From Podarcis muralis (Eukaryota): a stretch of 64,000 bases of DNA. The DNA lies in assembly GCF_964188315.1 (NCBI RefSeq), contig NC_135662.1:63302001-63366000 (forward strand), written 5' to 3'. This document shows, piece by piece, positions 1 through 12,402 of this stretch. Under the pieces are notes generated by a model. That model was not told where the DNA came from and did not search any database. It saw only the letters and a program-made list of their open reading frames with translations. Within the stretch, counting starts at the first letter, position 1. Every line of letters begins with the position of its first letter. The translations under genes and the position numbers were made by a program.

Positions 1-1405
1 CCTTCTCCCAACATGTCACAGTCAATGCTGTTGAGAAAGGTCCCATACCAAGAAAGTAGGTAGAAATGCAGCCAACACAGTCCACTTACTTCAGCAGGTG
101 TCACACCTGTGCAATCATTTCTCTAAGCTAGCCTGCTGCCTTCAGGTGTGTTGAAGTCAGCTATCCAATCTCCAGCGTTGAAGTAAGAGTCAGCCATCAT
201 TCCAATCAGCTTCTATATATGGAACCAGAAAGGCGTCATCTTGTCCTTTGCCTCCAGCTGGCCCTGTTCAGACATGACCTATGACAGATGTGCAGCAGTT
301 CTTTGACAGACAAGTTCATTGAAATAGGATCTGTTAAGGAAGAAAGTTTGAAAACTTTGGTGATTTATCAGTGGTATCAGGTACCAGCATAGTTAAATAC
401 CAGACTGCACATCAACTCTCAAATACTGTCAAATGTCAACCATTGATACAGAATATCGTTGGGTGTTAAATACAAGTACCAAATATTCAGACACTGTTTA
501 GCAAATATTATAGAATTCAGAGGATTATCAGGAGAATGCACATCGTCAGCATCCGCAAAGGAGAATTTTGGAAGCATATTCATTTCAGCTCTGGCTTAAA
601 GGTGAGCTCTCCCCTCAGCCACGCAAAGCAGAGATCAACAAAATCATGTTGACATCCTACTTTGCACTCTCGAGAACTGAGCTCTGACACTTGAGGTGAG
701 GAAGTTCCCAGGCTGAGTCCAGCTAGGCCAAGGCTCCAATAAATGACAAGCTCGTCCTCAAAAGCTGATGCCATAATGAATCTGTCAGGCTTTAAGGTGC
801 CACAAGTCTCTTTGCTGTTTTGGCTATGGAGAATAAGCAACAGTGAGGCACGAGGATATCAAAGAATGCTTGCTTAAGGCTTGCATACCGATTAAATTAT
901 GTGACCCAGATTAGCAGTACTTCCAACATTTATCTTTAATAACAAATGCAGTAATGAAGAAAGTTCATTCTTTTCTGTAGTTAATTAGCTAAACCAGGGC
1001 AGATTTGTGTTTGATTTCATTCTCATGTTTCATCTACAGCTCACGCAAACATTAAAGTAGAAGAACTGAGAGATTTCCTATGCTTGATTTGCCCTCCATC
1101 ACCCTTCCATTGTGCCTGTATCTTCTTTGTTTAGGCTGGGATTTTAACTCGTTTTTGTTGCATTAGATGGCCCCATCCGTTGTGAAAGGTAAAGACTTAG
1201 GTCACCATCTCTGCCTTTTGATTAAGCACGTATTCTAGTTTTGTTGCAGATCTGCAACTCATTTAACTTCATCACTTCTCACGCGGGAAGTTAAGAAGCC
1301 GCGTCCCTTTGGATGTAAATGGTAAGTGATAGTACTGTGAATGGTGCACCAATTATTATTGCCAAAGTTTGTTTATTTTAAGGAGTTATACTCTGCCATT
1401 CAGTA

Positions 1406-1645
1406 CAGTCATACCTCGGGTTGAAGTAGCTTCGGGTTGAGCGTTTTTGGGTTGCGCTCCGTGGCGACACGGAAGTAACGGAACGCATTACTTCCGGGTT
1501 TTGCCGCTCGTGCATGACGTCAAAATGACGTCACATGCATGCGCAGAAGCGGCGAGTCGCAACCCGTGCATGCGCGGGTTGCGTTCGCTTCAGGATGTGA
1601 ACGGGGCTCCGGAACGGATCCCGTTCGCATCCAGAGGTACCACTG
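1406..1645. mobile_element. Tc1/mariner (Tigger-like) non-autonomous MITE
   Basis: Terminal inverted repeats CAGTCATACCTC...GAGGTACCACTG flanked by TA on both sides (1404-05, 1646-47). CpG-rich interior related to the copies at 30659 and 40525. Confidence 0.85.
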
Positions 1646-2349
1646 TAATTCCATATGTCAATAAAAACTATTTAGAAAACCAAAAAGGCACTAAAACAAC
1701 TAAAGACTATGCAGCATAAAAACCTTAAGACTCTCTTTTATAAATAGCCCAAAATAAATAATTTTAAAGCCTAGAAAAAATTTTAAAAGGTGTTTTCTTC
1801 ACCAGAAAGACACCTGAGTAGGTACAAGGGGAGGCTCCCTGGAGATATCATGCGAGAGATGAGGTGTTACTTGACAAACCCCACTTCTCTCATGCATGCT
1901 TTTAACCATCTAATAAAAATTAAATTGAGTTCTTTTTATTGTAGGGAGTTCAGTGAAGCTCGTAACCCAGTTCTTGACTGTACTTCCCATCCATTTCCTA
2001 GAGAAATACTTAAAAGTAGAATTAGAGATTAGAAATATATGTATCTTTCATTAATATTTTATTAAAATAATTTCAGTTATAGAAAATAAAGTGATGAAAA
2101 AGAAGGAAGGCAGAAAAAGTGCAAAAATACATTAGGAAAGAAAGATATAGTAAGGTGCACTAAATGTAACCAGTTACATTTCCATACATTATTATATAGA
2201 TATATAAATAACATTATTGTCCTAATACGTATATGATTATTAACTGCTATGTTTCTGGCTGAATCTGAGTGTTAGTACAGTACTGGCCTTTCCAGTGGCC
2301 CCCAATGTTCTGTGACCAGGTTACCTTAAGAATCATTTGCTTCTTTAGA

Positions 2350-2460
2350 CCTGCCTAGACCTTGAAGCTGGCCTCAGAGGCCACTATGCTGCTGAGAAGG
2401 CTGCAGGGCCTTCTCAGTGGTTGTGCCATAGCTGTGGAATACCTTCCAAACAGAATGCCT
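2350..2460 (+). mobile_element. Old L2 LINE ORF2 3' fragment
   Basis: GGGCCTTCTCAGTGGTTGTGCCATAGCTGTGGAATACCTTCC resembles the RAFSVVAPxLWNxLP segment in the L2 copy at 26947-27513. Boundaries approximate. Confidence 0.5.
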
Positions 2461-4361
2461 GTTAACGTTTCATTGTTTAAATACTGCTGTTGCTTTAGTT
2501 TTAGTCAGGGCTAACCCTGACACAGATTATGGAGGCAGGGGGATAGATGAAGGCTGGAACTGGTGTCTGATACACCAAGAATTTATTAAGGCCTTGGTTC
2601 TGACGGTGCAGAGGGGAACCATTTGGGCTTTGCTACAGGCAAAGGGGCTGACTGGCATTTGGGTTCTGCACTAGCCAGCAGAATGTCATGGGCCAGTACT
2701 GGCTTTTCTCATCATCTCAGTTGTCTTTTGAACTGATGCCTTTGATTCTATAGGACTCCTGTTAATTGCACTGCAGAATGGCACTTTTAACATTTTGTTA
2801 TTAATTTTATTCTTTCATATATATAAACTGCTTCATCACCGTAGAAGTTACTGAACTTCTAGACATTGAAGCTAATTCTACCATTCTGCAATTAATATTC
2901 CATAAAACGTCTGGCTTACACATCAGGGAAAGTCTCCTTAAACATGTTTAAGTGGTCTGATTACAAAGGTAGAAGAGTGGGGTATAATCTTTATCAACAC
3001 CATCATTTGCTCCCTGCTGCCGGGATCATTTTATTTAACCACAACTCCCCCCCCCCCCAAAAAAAAAGCTACATGTGAACTGACTGCCTCATGTAGCAGC
3101 AGCTTCTGTTCAGATTGGGTTTAAAACAGTTTCTTGTTTGGGCAAATGAGACCTAAGGGTGTTTCTATAGAACATAGAATTGAAAAATATAGTTGGATTG
3201 AGGTGAAGGGAGAGAATATGTTCAATTTTAGTTGCTTGTGTGTGCGCACATCTAATGTATATGTTCCTAATTCAATTCTCCTCCCCACCACCACCAAACA
3301 TGTACACGTGAAAATCCATCCTCAGTTTGTAGTACCGAACAATTATATTGTATTCATTAACTCAATCAACCTCCCCTTAACAGTGTGAGTTTGATTGCTG
3401 CATTGCCTACAGGTAAATCTCCATCAAAATTACAACCGTCAGTTAGTCCTCTTTTTTTTATAAACTGAGGTAAAGATTATGTTGCTATTGCTCCTTCCTC
3501 CACTAGCAAGGCGCTTGCTTATATTGTTTCTTTTTCTGTTTCTTGTAAAGGATGTGTTTTCTGAGATAATATGGTCCCACAGCGACCTCAGGTGGCTAAA
3601 CAAACAGGCAGCATCAGGAAGGCGGAAGGATGAAATGGCAGCAGTCACAATGACAGTATATTGCAGAACAAATTCGAAACAGGGCCTGGTTGCCATGTGA
3701 AGAAGAATAAGGTAGGAATTACATGATTTGGTGTTAAGGTGGCAGAATGGGCTGTACCACTTCAGACTGCAGGAAGGGGATGACATTTATGAATGCTCAT
3801 TTTAAAAAAATAATAATAATGAAACAGTGTTTGTGCTTCACATTATTATTGTCTGACTTCCCTCTTCACATACAATAGGATGCCCCCATAGCAGCAAGTG
3901 GGGCAGGAAAGAAATTTTTCCCCTGATATGCTGGGTGCTTTACTTGCAGGAAAGTTAGCTTGCTTTTAAAATGAGGGAACTTTTTTTTAAGGTGCCTCTC
4001 ATTTTCACCCTGTATTGGTGCATTCCACTCCCACCAACACATTCTGCTGCACATATATTCAAAAGTCTTGTGTGGCATGCATTATTTCTCTTAGGCAAAT
4101 ACTCCTTTGGGGGGAAAACAAGTGTTCTTTGGGGGGAAAACAGGGTGTTCCAGAATACATTGGGGGGAGCTTGGGACCCTCTGGTTGTTTCAGAGGACAT
4201 AGACAATTCAGAATACATTGATGTGATATTTAGATACACTCTCCGCATTTCAGTGTTGTGAAGTCACATAAGATGGTTTGGTTATTATTGTATATTCCAG
4301 GGCTGTCCAACAGGTCGATCACGATCTACTGGCCGATCACGAGATGCCCCTGGTCAATCCT

Positions 4362-7349
4362 GTGGGGGAGGGAGACAGTGCTCCTGAAGGTAGGAGTCTA
4401 TCAATTGATGATGATCATCCAAATGTCATAGACCAAATGGAGCAAACAGCACGCAGAACTAGTGGTGGGAGGAAAAAATCCTTAAATAAGAGACACGGGG
4501 GAATGATTAATGGACTTCAATGTCTGTACACTAATGTGCAAAGCATGGGAAATAAACAAGATGAGCTTGAGCTCTTGGTACAGCAAACTAAATATGACAT
4601 AATAGGCATCACTGAAACCTGGTGGGATAAGTCCCACGATTGGAATGTAATAATGGAGGGATACAATCTATTTCAGAGAAACAGACCAGACAAGAAAGGA
4701 GGAGGAGTGGCGTTATATGTCAGGGATGTGTATACCTGTGAAGAGATCCAAGATTTAGAACCTCAAAGCCAAAGTGAGGGCATTTGGGTCAAAATTAAGG
4801 GAGAGAAGAATAACAGAGACCTCATTGTGGGAGTTTACTATAGATCCCCAAGCCAAACAGAGGACATAGATGATGCCTTCCTGGAACAGATGGCCAAGCA
4901 TGCAAAAGGAAGGGAGATAGTAGTAATGGGGGACTTCAATTACCCGGATAATTGTTGGATGTCAAACTCAGCCAAGAGCATAAGGTCAAACAGATTCCTC
5001 ACTGGCCTTGCAGACAACTTCATTGTCCAGAAAGTGGGAGAAGCAACAAGAGGAACAGCCATTTTAGATCTGGTCCTAACCAATGTTGATGACCTGGTTA
5101 GTGGGGTAGAAGTGGAAGGATCATTAGGCGCGAGTGATCATGCTCTTCTGAAGTTTACTATACAGCGGAAAGGAGCAGCCAAGCATACTAGGACTCAATT
5201 TCTTGACTTTAAGAAAGCCGACTTCATAAAACTTAGGGAAGTGCTGGGTGAGATCCCATGGACAGTGATACTAAAAGGAAAGGGAGTTCATGATGGCTGG
5301 GAGTTTGTTAAGAAGGAGATAGTAAAAGCATAACTTCAGGCAATACCAATGAGACGGAAACATGGAAGGTGCCTAAAGAAGCCAGGGTGGCTATCTAAAG
5401 AACTTTTAACTGAGTTAAGATTAAAGAAAGATGTGTACAAAAAATGGAAAAGGGGGGAAACCACCAAAGAGGAATTCAAACAAATAGCCAGCACATGTAG
5501 ACACAAAGTCAGAAAAGCTAAAGCACAGAATGAACTCAGGCTTGCTAGAGAGGTTAAAAGCAACAAAAAGGGCTTTTATGGGTATGTCCGTAGCAAAAGG
5601 AAGAACAAAGAAACAGTGGGGTCACTCAGAGGAGAAGATGGTGAAATGCAAACAGGGGACACAGAAAGGGCTCAACTCCTCAATGCCTTCTTTGCCTCAG
5701 TCTTCTCCAATAAAGAAAACAATGCCCAACCTGAAGAATTTGGAGCAAATGATTCAGCAGAGGAAACACAGCCCAGAATAACTGAGGAGATAGTACAAGA
5801 ATACTTTGCTAGTTTAGATGTATTCAAGTCTCCAGGGGCAGATAAACTGCATCCAAGAGTATTAAAAGAACTGGCAGATGTGATCTCAGAACCACTGGCA
5901 GTCATCTTTGAGAATTCCTGGAGAACAGGCGAAGTCCCGGCAGACTGGAGGAGGGCAAATGTTGTCCCTATTTTCAAAAAGGGGGAAAGAGAGGACCCAA
6001 ATAATTATCGCCCAGTCAGTCTGACATCAATACCAGGGAAGATTCTGGAGCAGATCATTAAGCAAACAGTCTGTGAGCACCTAGAAAGGAATGCTGTGAT
6101 CACCAATAGTCAGCATGGATTTCTGAAAAATAAGTCATGTCAGACTAACCTGATCTCGTTTTTTGACACAATTACAAGCCTGGTAGATGAAGGGAACGCG
6201 GTGGATGTAGCCTACCTTGATTTCAGCAAGGCATTTGACAAGGTGCCACATGATATTCTTGTAAAGAAGCTGGTAAAATGCGGTCTTGACTATGCTACCA
6301 CTCAGTGGATTTGTAACTGGCTGACTGACCGAACCCAAAGGGTGCTCATCAATGGTTCCTCTTCATCCTGGAGAAGAGTGACTAGTGGGGTGCCACAGGG
6401 TTCTGTCTTGGGCCCGGTCTTATTCAACATCTTTATCAACGACTTGGACTCAAGGGCATCCTGATCAAATTTGCAGATGACACCAAACTGGGAGGGGTGG
6501 CTAACACCCCAGAGGACAGGATCACACTTCAAAACGACCTTGACAGATTAGAGAACTGGGCCAAAACAAACAAGATGAACTTTAACAGGGAGAAATGTAA
6601 AGTATTGCACTTGGGCAAAAAAAATGAGAGGCACAAATGCAAGATGGGTGACACCTGGCTTGAGAGCAGTACATGTGAAAAGGATCTAGGAGTCTTGGTT
6701 GACCACAAACTTGACATGAGCCAACAGTGTGACGCGTCAGCTAAAAAAGCCAATGCAATTCTGGGCTGCATCAATAAGAGTATAGCATCTAGATCAAGGG
6801 AAGTAATAGTGCCACTGTATTCTGCTCTGGTCAGACCTCACCTGGAGTACTGTGTCCAGTTCTGGGCACCACAGTTCAAGAAGGACACTGACAAACTGGA
6901 ACGTGTCCAGAGGAGGGCAACCAAAATGGTCAAAGGCCTGGAAACGATGCCTTATGAGGAACGGCTAAGGGAGCTGGGCATGTTTAGCCTGGAGAAGAGG
7001 AGGTTAAGGGGTGATATGATAGCCATGTTCAAATATATAAAAGGATGTCATATAGAGGAGGGAGAAAGGTTGTTTTCTGCTGCTCCAGAGAAGCGGACAT
7101 GGAGCAATGGATCCAAACTACAAGAAAGAAGATTCCACCTAAACATTCGGAAGAACTTCCTGACAGTAAGAGCTGTTCAACAGTGGAATTTGCTGCCAAG
7201 GAGTGTGGTGGAGTCTCCTTCTTTGGAGGTCTTTAAGCAGAGGCTTGACAACCATATATCAGGAGTGCTCTGATGGTGTTTCCTGCTTGGCAGGGGGTTG
7301 GACTCGATGGCCCTTGTGGTCTATTCCAACTCTATGATTCTATGATTCT
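4362..7349 (+). mobile_element. CR1 LINE, 5'-truncated, with near-complete ORF2 (APE endonuclease + reverse transcriptase)
   Basis: ORFs 4278-5333, 5349-6464 and 6497-7273 carry CR1 motifs (YTNxQSMGNKQDELE, GITETWW, GDFN, SDH; [24 protein letters not shown]; RPHLEYCVQFW). (ATTCTATG)n tail at about 7330-7349. Probable short TSD ATCCT. Confidence 0.97.
4503..7273 (+). pseudogene. CR1 ORF2 with two lesions: in-frame TAA at 5331-5333 and a frameshift near 6445-6455
   Basis: ORFs 4278-5333 and 5349-6464 share a frame separated by one stop. The frame switches just upstream of ATCCTGATCAAATTTGCAGATGAC (ILIKFADD). Confidence 0.9.
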
Positions 7350-7981
7350 ATCCTGGTTGATCGCGGGATCCTCAACAACTTTGGCTTCCCTAAAAATAGC
7401 TCAACAACTTTAATGAAGCTTTCCTAGAAAAAGCTCAGCAACTCTGGTCAATCCAATGGGAAGATCACTGCCAGTTTTTTTATAGTGTTTGTAGATCGCA
7501 GTTTCTTGGAAGTTGGACAGCCCTGATATATTCCATTGGCCGTAGGCCATAGACGTAGTCTTTGCAAAGTCTAACTTTTCCTATCTACATTACCGAAATA
7601 CATAATGTCTGTTTAGTGCCTTGAGTTGTTTACTCTTTTGCATAGACTAAGCTGGAACCATCCCCTGTGCTTCACAGCTTCATCTCATCACTGTGGCTTG
7701 TCTGGTTGGGATTGGTGAAGCCTAGTTGACACAGCACCCTTTGAAGGCTGCTCCCTGGGCTGTGCTCACCAACGGGTGTCAGGTGACCTGGCTAGGTTTA
7801 GCTATTGGCTTGCTGGTGCTTTGCTCCCCACCTTATCTCTTGCCTAGAAGGGATTCCCTAGAGGAGGGTTGGTACATCGATACATCAATGCACCAATACC
7901 CATTGGCAAGACAGTGACTGTCTGGCCTTCCTGAGTGGGTCTGTACTTTGGTGTGAAGTCGGATGGAAGAGAGAGGGCAGT

Positions 7982-8308
7982 TAGGGAGGGAGGAGACATT
8001 CGTTTTGGTTCTCCTTTTAATACAAACATACCTAATTCACACTTCCTGGAACTATACCCAAACCGAAATGCAGCTCTTTTGAAATCCGTACTTCTCTAGA
8101 TTTTGCAATGCAATTCTCCCAGCAAAATAAAGTGACAAAGTTGTATGCAACAATGTGTCTATTAGGATAAATTCAAAGGCCGATAAATTTTCATAAGGAC
8201 TTTATAAAAAAAGAATTGCAAATGACACAGAAATGCAGTGAACTGGACTGAAGAATGGACAAATGAGAAACTCATAGAAATCGAAATTGATTAATTTGTC
8301 CATCCTTA
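7982..8308. mobile_element. Degenerate hAT-type non-autonomous element
   Basis: Ends TAGGGAGGG... / ...CCATCCTTA resemble TAGGGATG-type hAT TIRs. The AT-rich interior resembles a common squamate repeat (from memory). Confidence 0.45.
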
Positions 8309-9518
8309 CGTGTAGTAAATGGGCAAGAGAGGTTTGGGATCTTTGGATGTTGCTTAGTAAGAGATACCATGTTCTTTGCAGGGCCCTTAACCCTCCCCAT
8401 CAATGGAACAGCCTTATGCTCAGAGACTCTTATAGGAGAACTACTGCTTACAAAGCCCTCTAGCATGAATTGGTCTTGAAACTCCATGGCAAGAATGGGC
8501 ATGCAGAACTGTAACTTTTATTTCCATATACCAGCTTTGTAGCATCTGACTCCATGTATCCATAAATTTTCTCTTGTCTGCCAAGTCCAGCTCTGAGGTA
8601 TTTAATTTCACAGTACAATGAGCAAGTCATATTCATGATTGTGTGTGTGTGTTTAAAAAAAAAAATCATTTAGAGACTTACTGTTTTAGTATTCACATCA
8701 TCTGGAGAACTGGAGAGGATCCAGAGGTTGTTGATGTGTCGGAAAAAATCATTTGCAGGCAAATCCCACCCACTGCTTATATGTAGAAAATAGACATTTT
8801 CCATTCTACTTGCAGCCCGGAGTCAGTTCCATTCCATGTGCTGTAATGTGTTTCAGAACAGCCAAGTTCCCCTCTCCCTTGTTTCTCCCCCAGAGGACTG
8901 GATCGTGGGTTATTGGTTAGGGAAGGTTGTCTAAATCATGGCAGTGGAAATAAAAAACCCTGACAATAAAAACAGTAGAAATAACAATGCTGTTCTCTCG
9001 TTGATAAGCAAAAAGAACATACTTTCTCTACCACTCTTGAGGTACAGAATACCTGACATGGGATGGTGTACAATATTTTTTCAATTTGGCGAGGGTTTTT
9101 TGTGCATCGCTTAAGTTAGCGGTGACACAGCAAAGCAAAACACGGGCTGTCAGGTAGAAGACCGTCAGAAATGGGCTGGATTCTCAGCAGCTGGGAAATC
9201 ACCCTCCCTTCCTTGAGGTTGCAGCCTAGTACTGATGTAACATTGTATGCATTATCTTTATTCTTATGTGCTTATCCAGGTGTAAAGTTATGGATCTTGA
9301 GTGCTGTGTGATTGCATCTGCATATTTCCAGTGCAGCAGGGGATCCAATAAGGCAGCAGCAGGAAACATGGCTACCTGTAACAGAGCAATGGCTGGCCAT
9401 TTTTGGCCCAATGGACTCATTCATCCTCCGTCAGCTCCCTGGGGATGCATTCCAGTGGTGTGTGTGGCCAAAAGTGGGAGTGGTCAGCCCACACTCTTTC
9501 ATGTATACAAAACACATA

Positions 9519-9766
9519 CCGTATTTTTCGCCCCATAGGACGCACCGGCCCATAGAATGCACCTAGTTTTTTGGGGGGGGAATAAAGAAAAAAAATTATT
9601 TCCCCCCAGGCTGCTATCCGCTAGCCGTGGGAGAGTCTGGGTGTGCACCGACCCCCCTCGCTCTCCAGGCTTCAGGGAAAGCCTGCATTCGCCCCGTAGG
9701 ACGCACACACATTTCCCCTTCATTTTTGGAGGGGGAAAAGTGCGTCCTATAGGGCAAAAAATACGG
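9519..9766. mobile_element. Tc1/mariner (pogo/Tigger-like) MITE
   Basis: About 27-bp TIRs CCGTATTTTTCGCCCCATAGGACGCAC / GTGCGTCCTATAGGGCAAAAAATACGG, with TA on both sides. Confidence 0.88.
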
Positions 9767-9928
9767 TACACAGGATATGTCCAGGTACACAGCCACTCCC
9801 CTCCATCAGCTGAGATCACCCTTCCCCATATATGAAGATCTGATTACTAGCGCGGAAGTGATTTACCTCCCCATCAGGGTATGTGGGAGAGATGTTTAAA
9901 CTTCCTCACCCTCAAGTGCAGTGTCTAC

Positions 9929-10510
9929 TGTTACGAGTTTTGTGGGGGAGGTAGTCTGAATGCCTGAACCCCCCCCCCTTCTAATTCCTGGACCCCACCC
10001 CCTTCTAATTCCTGGATCCAGCATGGATTCAATTGCTGGAATAGCTGGGCCAGCCTTGGCAATCAACTGGGAGACGAGCCATTAAGAAATACAATGGGGA
10101 AGGTAATGTCCCATTCAGAAAGCCATTGAGAAGGCAAAGATTGTGCCAGATGGCAAGTGGATGAGGCCCCTCCCTCTGCTCAGAGTTAGTGAGAAGAACA
10201 AAAGCCAGGGTTTGGAGTGTAGGATCAGCTGGAATGTGTCCTGGAGGGAAAAGGTTGCAGTCTGGTAAAGGCGGCAACCTGGGAAGAAGGTCTGACTGAA
10301 TCCACAGCTGTAGATATGGGAGAAGCAACACCCTCTTGGGGTGTTGTTGTTGTGAACCCCTCCATCTCAGGCTCAGGTCGTATATATAAATAAACCATAT
10401 ATCACAAAGTCACCACAGTTTCCATTGCGTTTCATTTCCAAAAGGAAACACAAACACAAAAGGAACCCCTGGGATCTCGCAGCGCTCAGAAATTGGGGTG
10501 GCATGCAACA
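9929..10510 (+). mobile_element. Solo LTR (probably Gypsy-type)
   Basis: TGTTAC...GCAACA ends. TATATATA (10381-88) directly followed by AATAAA (10389-94). Flanks CTAC/TTAC are a near 4-bp TSD. Internal 19-bp tandem duplication CCCCCTTCTAATTCCTGGA. Confidence 0.7.
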
Positions 10511-12285
10511 TTACTTTATTTATTTATTTTCCTTTTCTCCACCCCTGCCAAAATCAGTGGGTTCTTGAGAGAGAGGCAGAAAAAATTGCTTGGAAAGCCT
10601 GATCAGTCCCCTGGCTCCGTGGTTAGCCAGCTGTGCTGTAATGTATCAATAGGGCCTTAGAATACACTGGAATAACAGGCTATGAACACACCATACCCAT
10701 TTAAAACACATTTCCCCCCTCACCCAAAAAAATCCTGGGAACTGTTGTTTACTAAGGGTGCTGATAATTGTATTTCTGTGAGGAGTAAACTAAAGTCTCC
10801 AAGATTCTTTGGGAATTATTTGTACACAGCCTATGTGTGCTTTTGCTCTTCCAAAGCAATCTGGGTCTATTGGATAGAAAGGTGCTATATTCAATCATCC
10901 AGTTGTATTTTTCCTTCCTAAGGCTTTATTGTGTATCATCCATCCAAAGTTGAAGCAAAAGGACAGTGACATAAACCTGATGAGGCATTATGTGGGTTGC
11001 TCTGTCTGGACCTAGACTTTCTCAAAGAACAGCCTTTAAAAAATTTGGCATGATTCATGCTAACCTTCCTATTTTCATGAAGGGTGGAGTCTTAGATGCC
11101 AAGGGTGCAAGTGGAACTGCAGGTGATGGAAGAAGGCGGACAAATTAAGGAATCAGTCGTTTCAGAAAAACCAGGAATGTACCACAGAGAAGCTCTGTAT
11201 TAAGTTTCAGTTAGATGGAGACCAGAGGGGATGTGGGGAGGATAGAATCCTCTTTCACTGGGAATCTTTCTTCCTTTTTAACAGGGTTGGGGAGTCTGTG
11301 GCCTTCTAGACATTGCTGGATGGCAAGGTTGATGGCAGCTGACCTCGAGTGGAACGGTTTGGAGCCCAATTTTTCCCCATTTATTGGATTATCCCCATAT
11401 CAAGTAAACCCAAATTTACAGGGGAAAGCTATAAAAATTAGATGGGAAAGCAAACAGCTGCAAACACGCAGACAAACAAACCCATAGCATTTTCTCTCAT
11501 TTTATTCCCACAGCAATCCTGTGAAGAAGGTGAGGCTAGGAAAAAGTGACTCTCTTTTTGAAATAAACACAATTCAATGGTGCTTAATTTTTGCTGGATT
11601 TTGCCCCACGTCACCAAATACTGACAGAGGCTGGTATTTTTCTAAGGGAACTGTTAATATATTCATTGCAGAAATGAGCAACTCCTAACACCAGCCTATT
11701 CATTCAAAAGAGCAGGTTATCGTCATTCTTGCTGTGCTTGACAATTCCTATCATTTCTGCTTAATTTTAATGTCTGTGCGGTACTTTAGATACTCTACTT
11801 TCCATGAGAAAGATAGAATAAGGAGGTCTCCCACAAATGAGATAATCTGTTTGGAGAGAGCTGACCTAAGAAAGAGATAACAGAGATGAAAATTTCTTGA
11901 CATTTTTATGAACTCATCATTTCTGCCATTTAATATATATACTGGGGAAATCCTATTTCCACTGATTGATTACTTTAATGAATAAATGTACTGCTCTCTC
12001 AATGATTTGGTGTGTTGAGCAGATTAAATTCCCTTTGCTGGCAGAAAATGAACTTGCATGAAAAGGATTTGAAGACATGTTCCTTCTCTACACGCACATT
12101 TTTTTTAAAAAAAGAAATCAGTCTAAATCTCAAAATGCTTTGATTTGTACTGCTTTTCTAAACTATTACCAGTTATCTTCTCAATCTGGTGTGTTAACTG
12201 CATAGTTAAGTATTATCAATAACTTTTTTTAAGTGACTAGTATATTAATTGTGCGATCTTATACATAACTACTTCATGTAGGCTT

Positions 12286-12402
12286 AAGGCTGCAGTTCTG
12301 TGCACACTTAGGCTGCCATCATAACTCCACTTACCTGGGAGTAAGCACCATAGAATTCAAAAGGACTTACTTTTCAGTAGACATTGTGAGGATTGCAGCT
12401 TT
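12286..12402. mobile_element. Old palindromic Harbinger-like MITE (related remnants near 31328/31750, 33233, 52004, 63085)
   Basis: GGCTGCA... / ...GGATTGCAGC ends with internal ACTTACC...GTAAG symmetry. Family assignment is from memory and boundaries are approximate. Confidence 0.45.

Larger units (their letters stand above)
4298..7525. mobile_element. hAT-family MITE (about 240 bp) split by a CR1 insertion; parts 4298-4361 and about 7350-7525
   Basis: 14-bp perfect TIRs CAGGGCTGTCCAAC / GTTGGACAGCCCTG. 8-bp TSD GTATATTC (4290-97) / ATATATTC (7526-33). Confidence 0.85.

Noticed and set aside
3479-3700. 73-aa ORF with a hydrophobic, signal-peptide-like start
   Set aside because: The hydrophobicity comes from translating a polypyrimidine tract, and no family resemblance was found.
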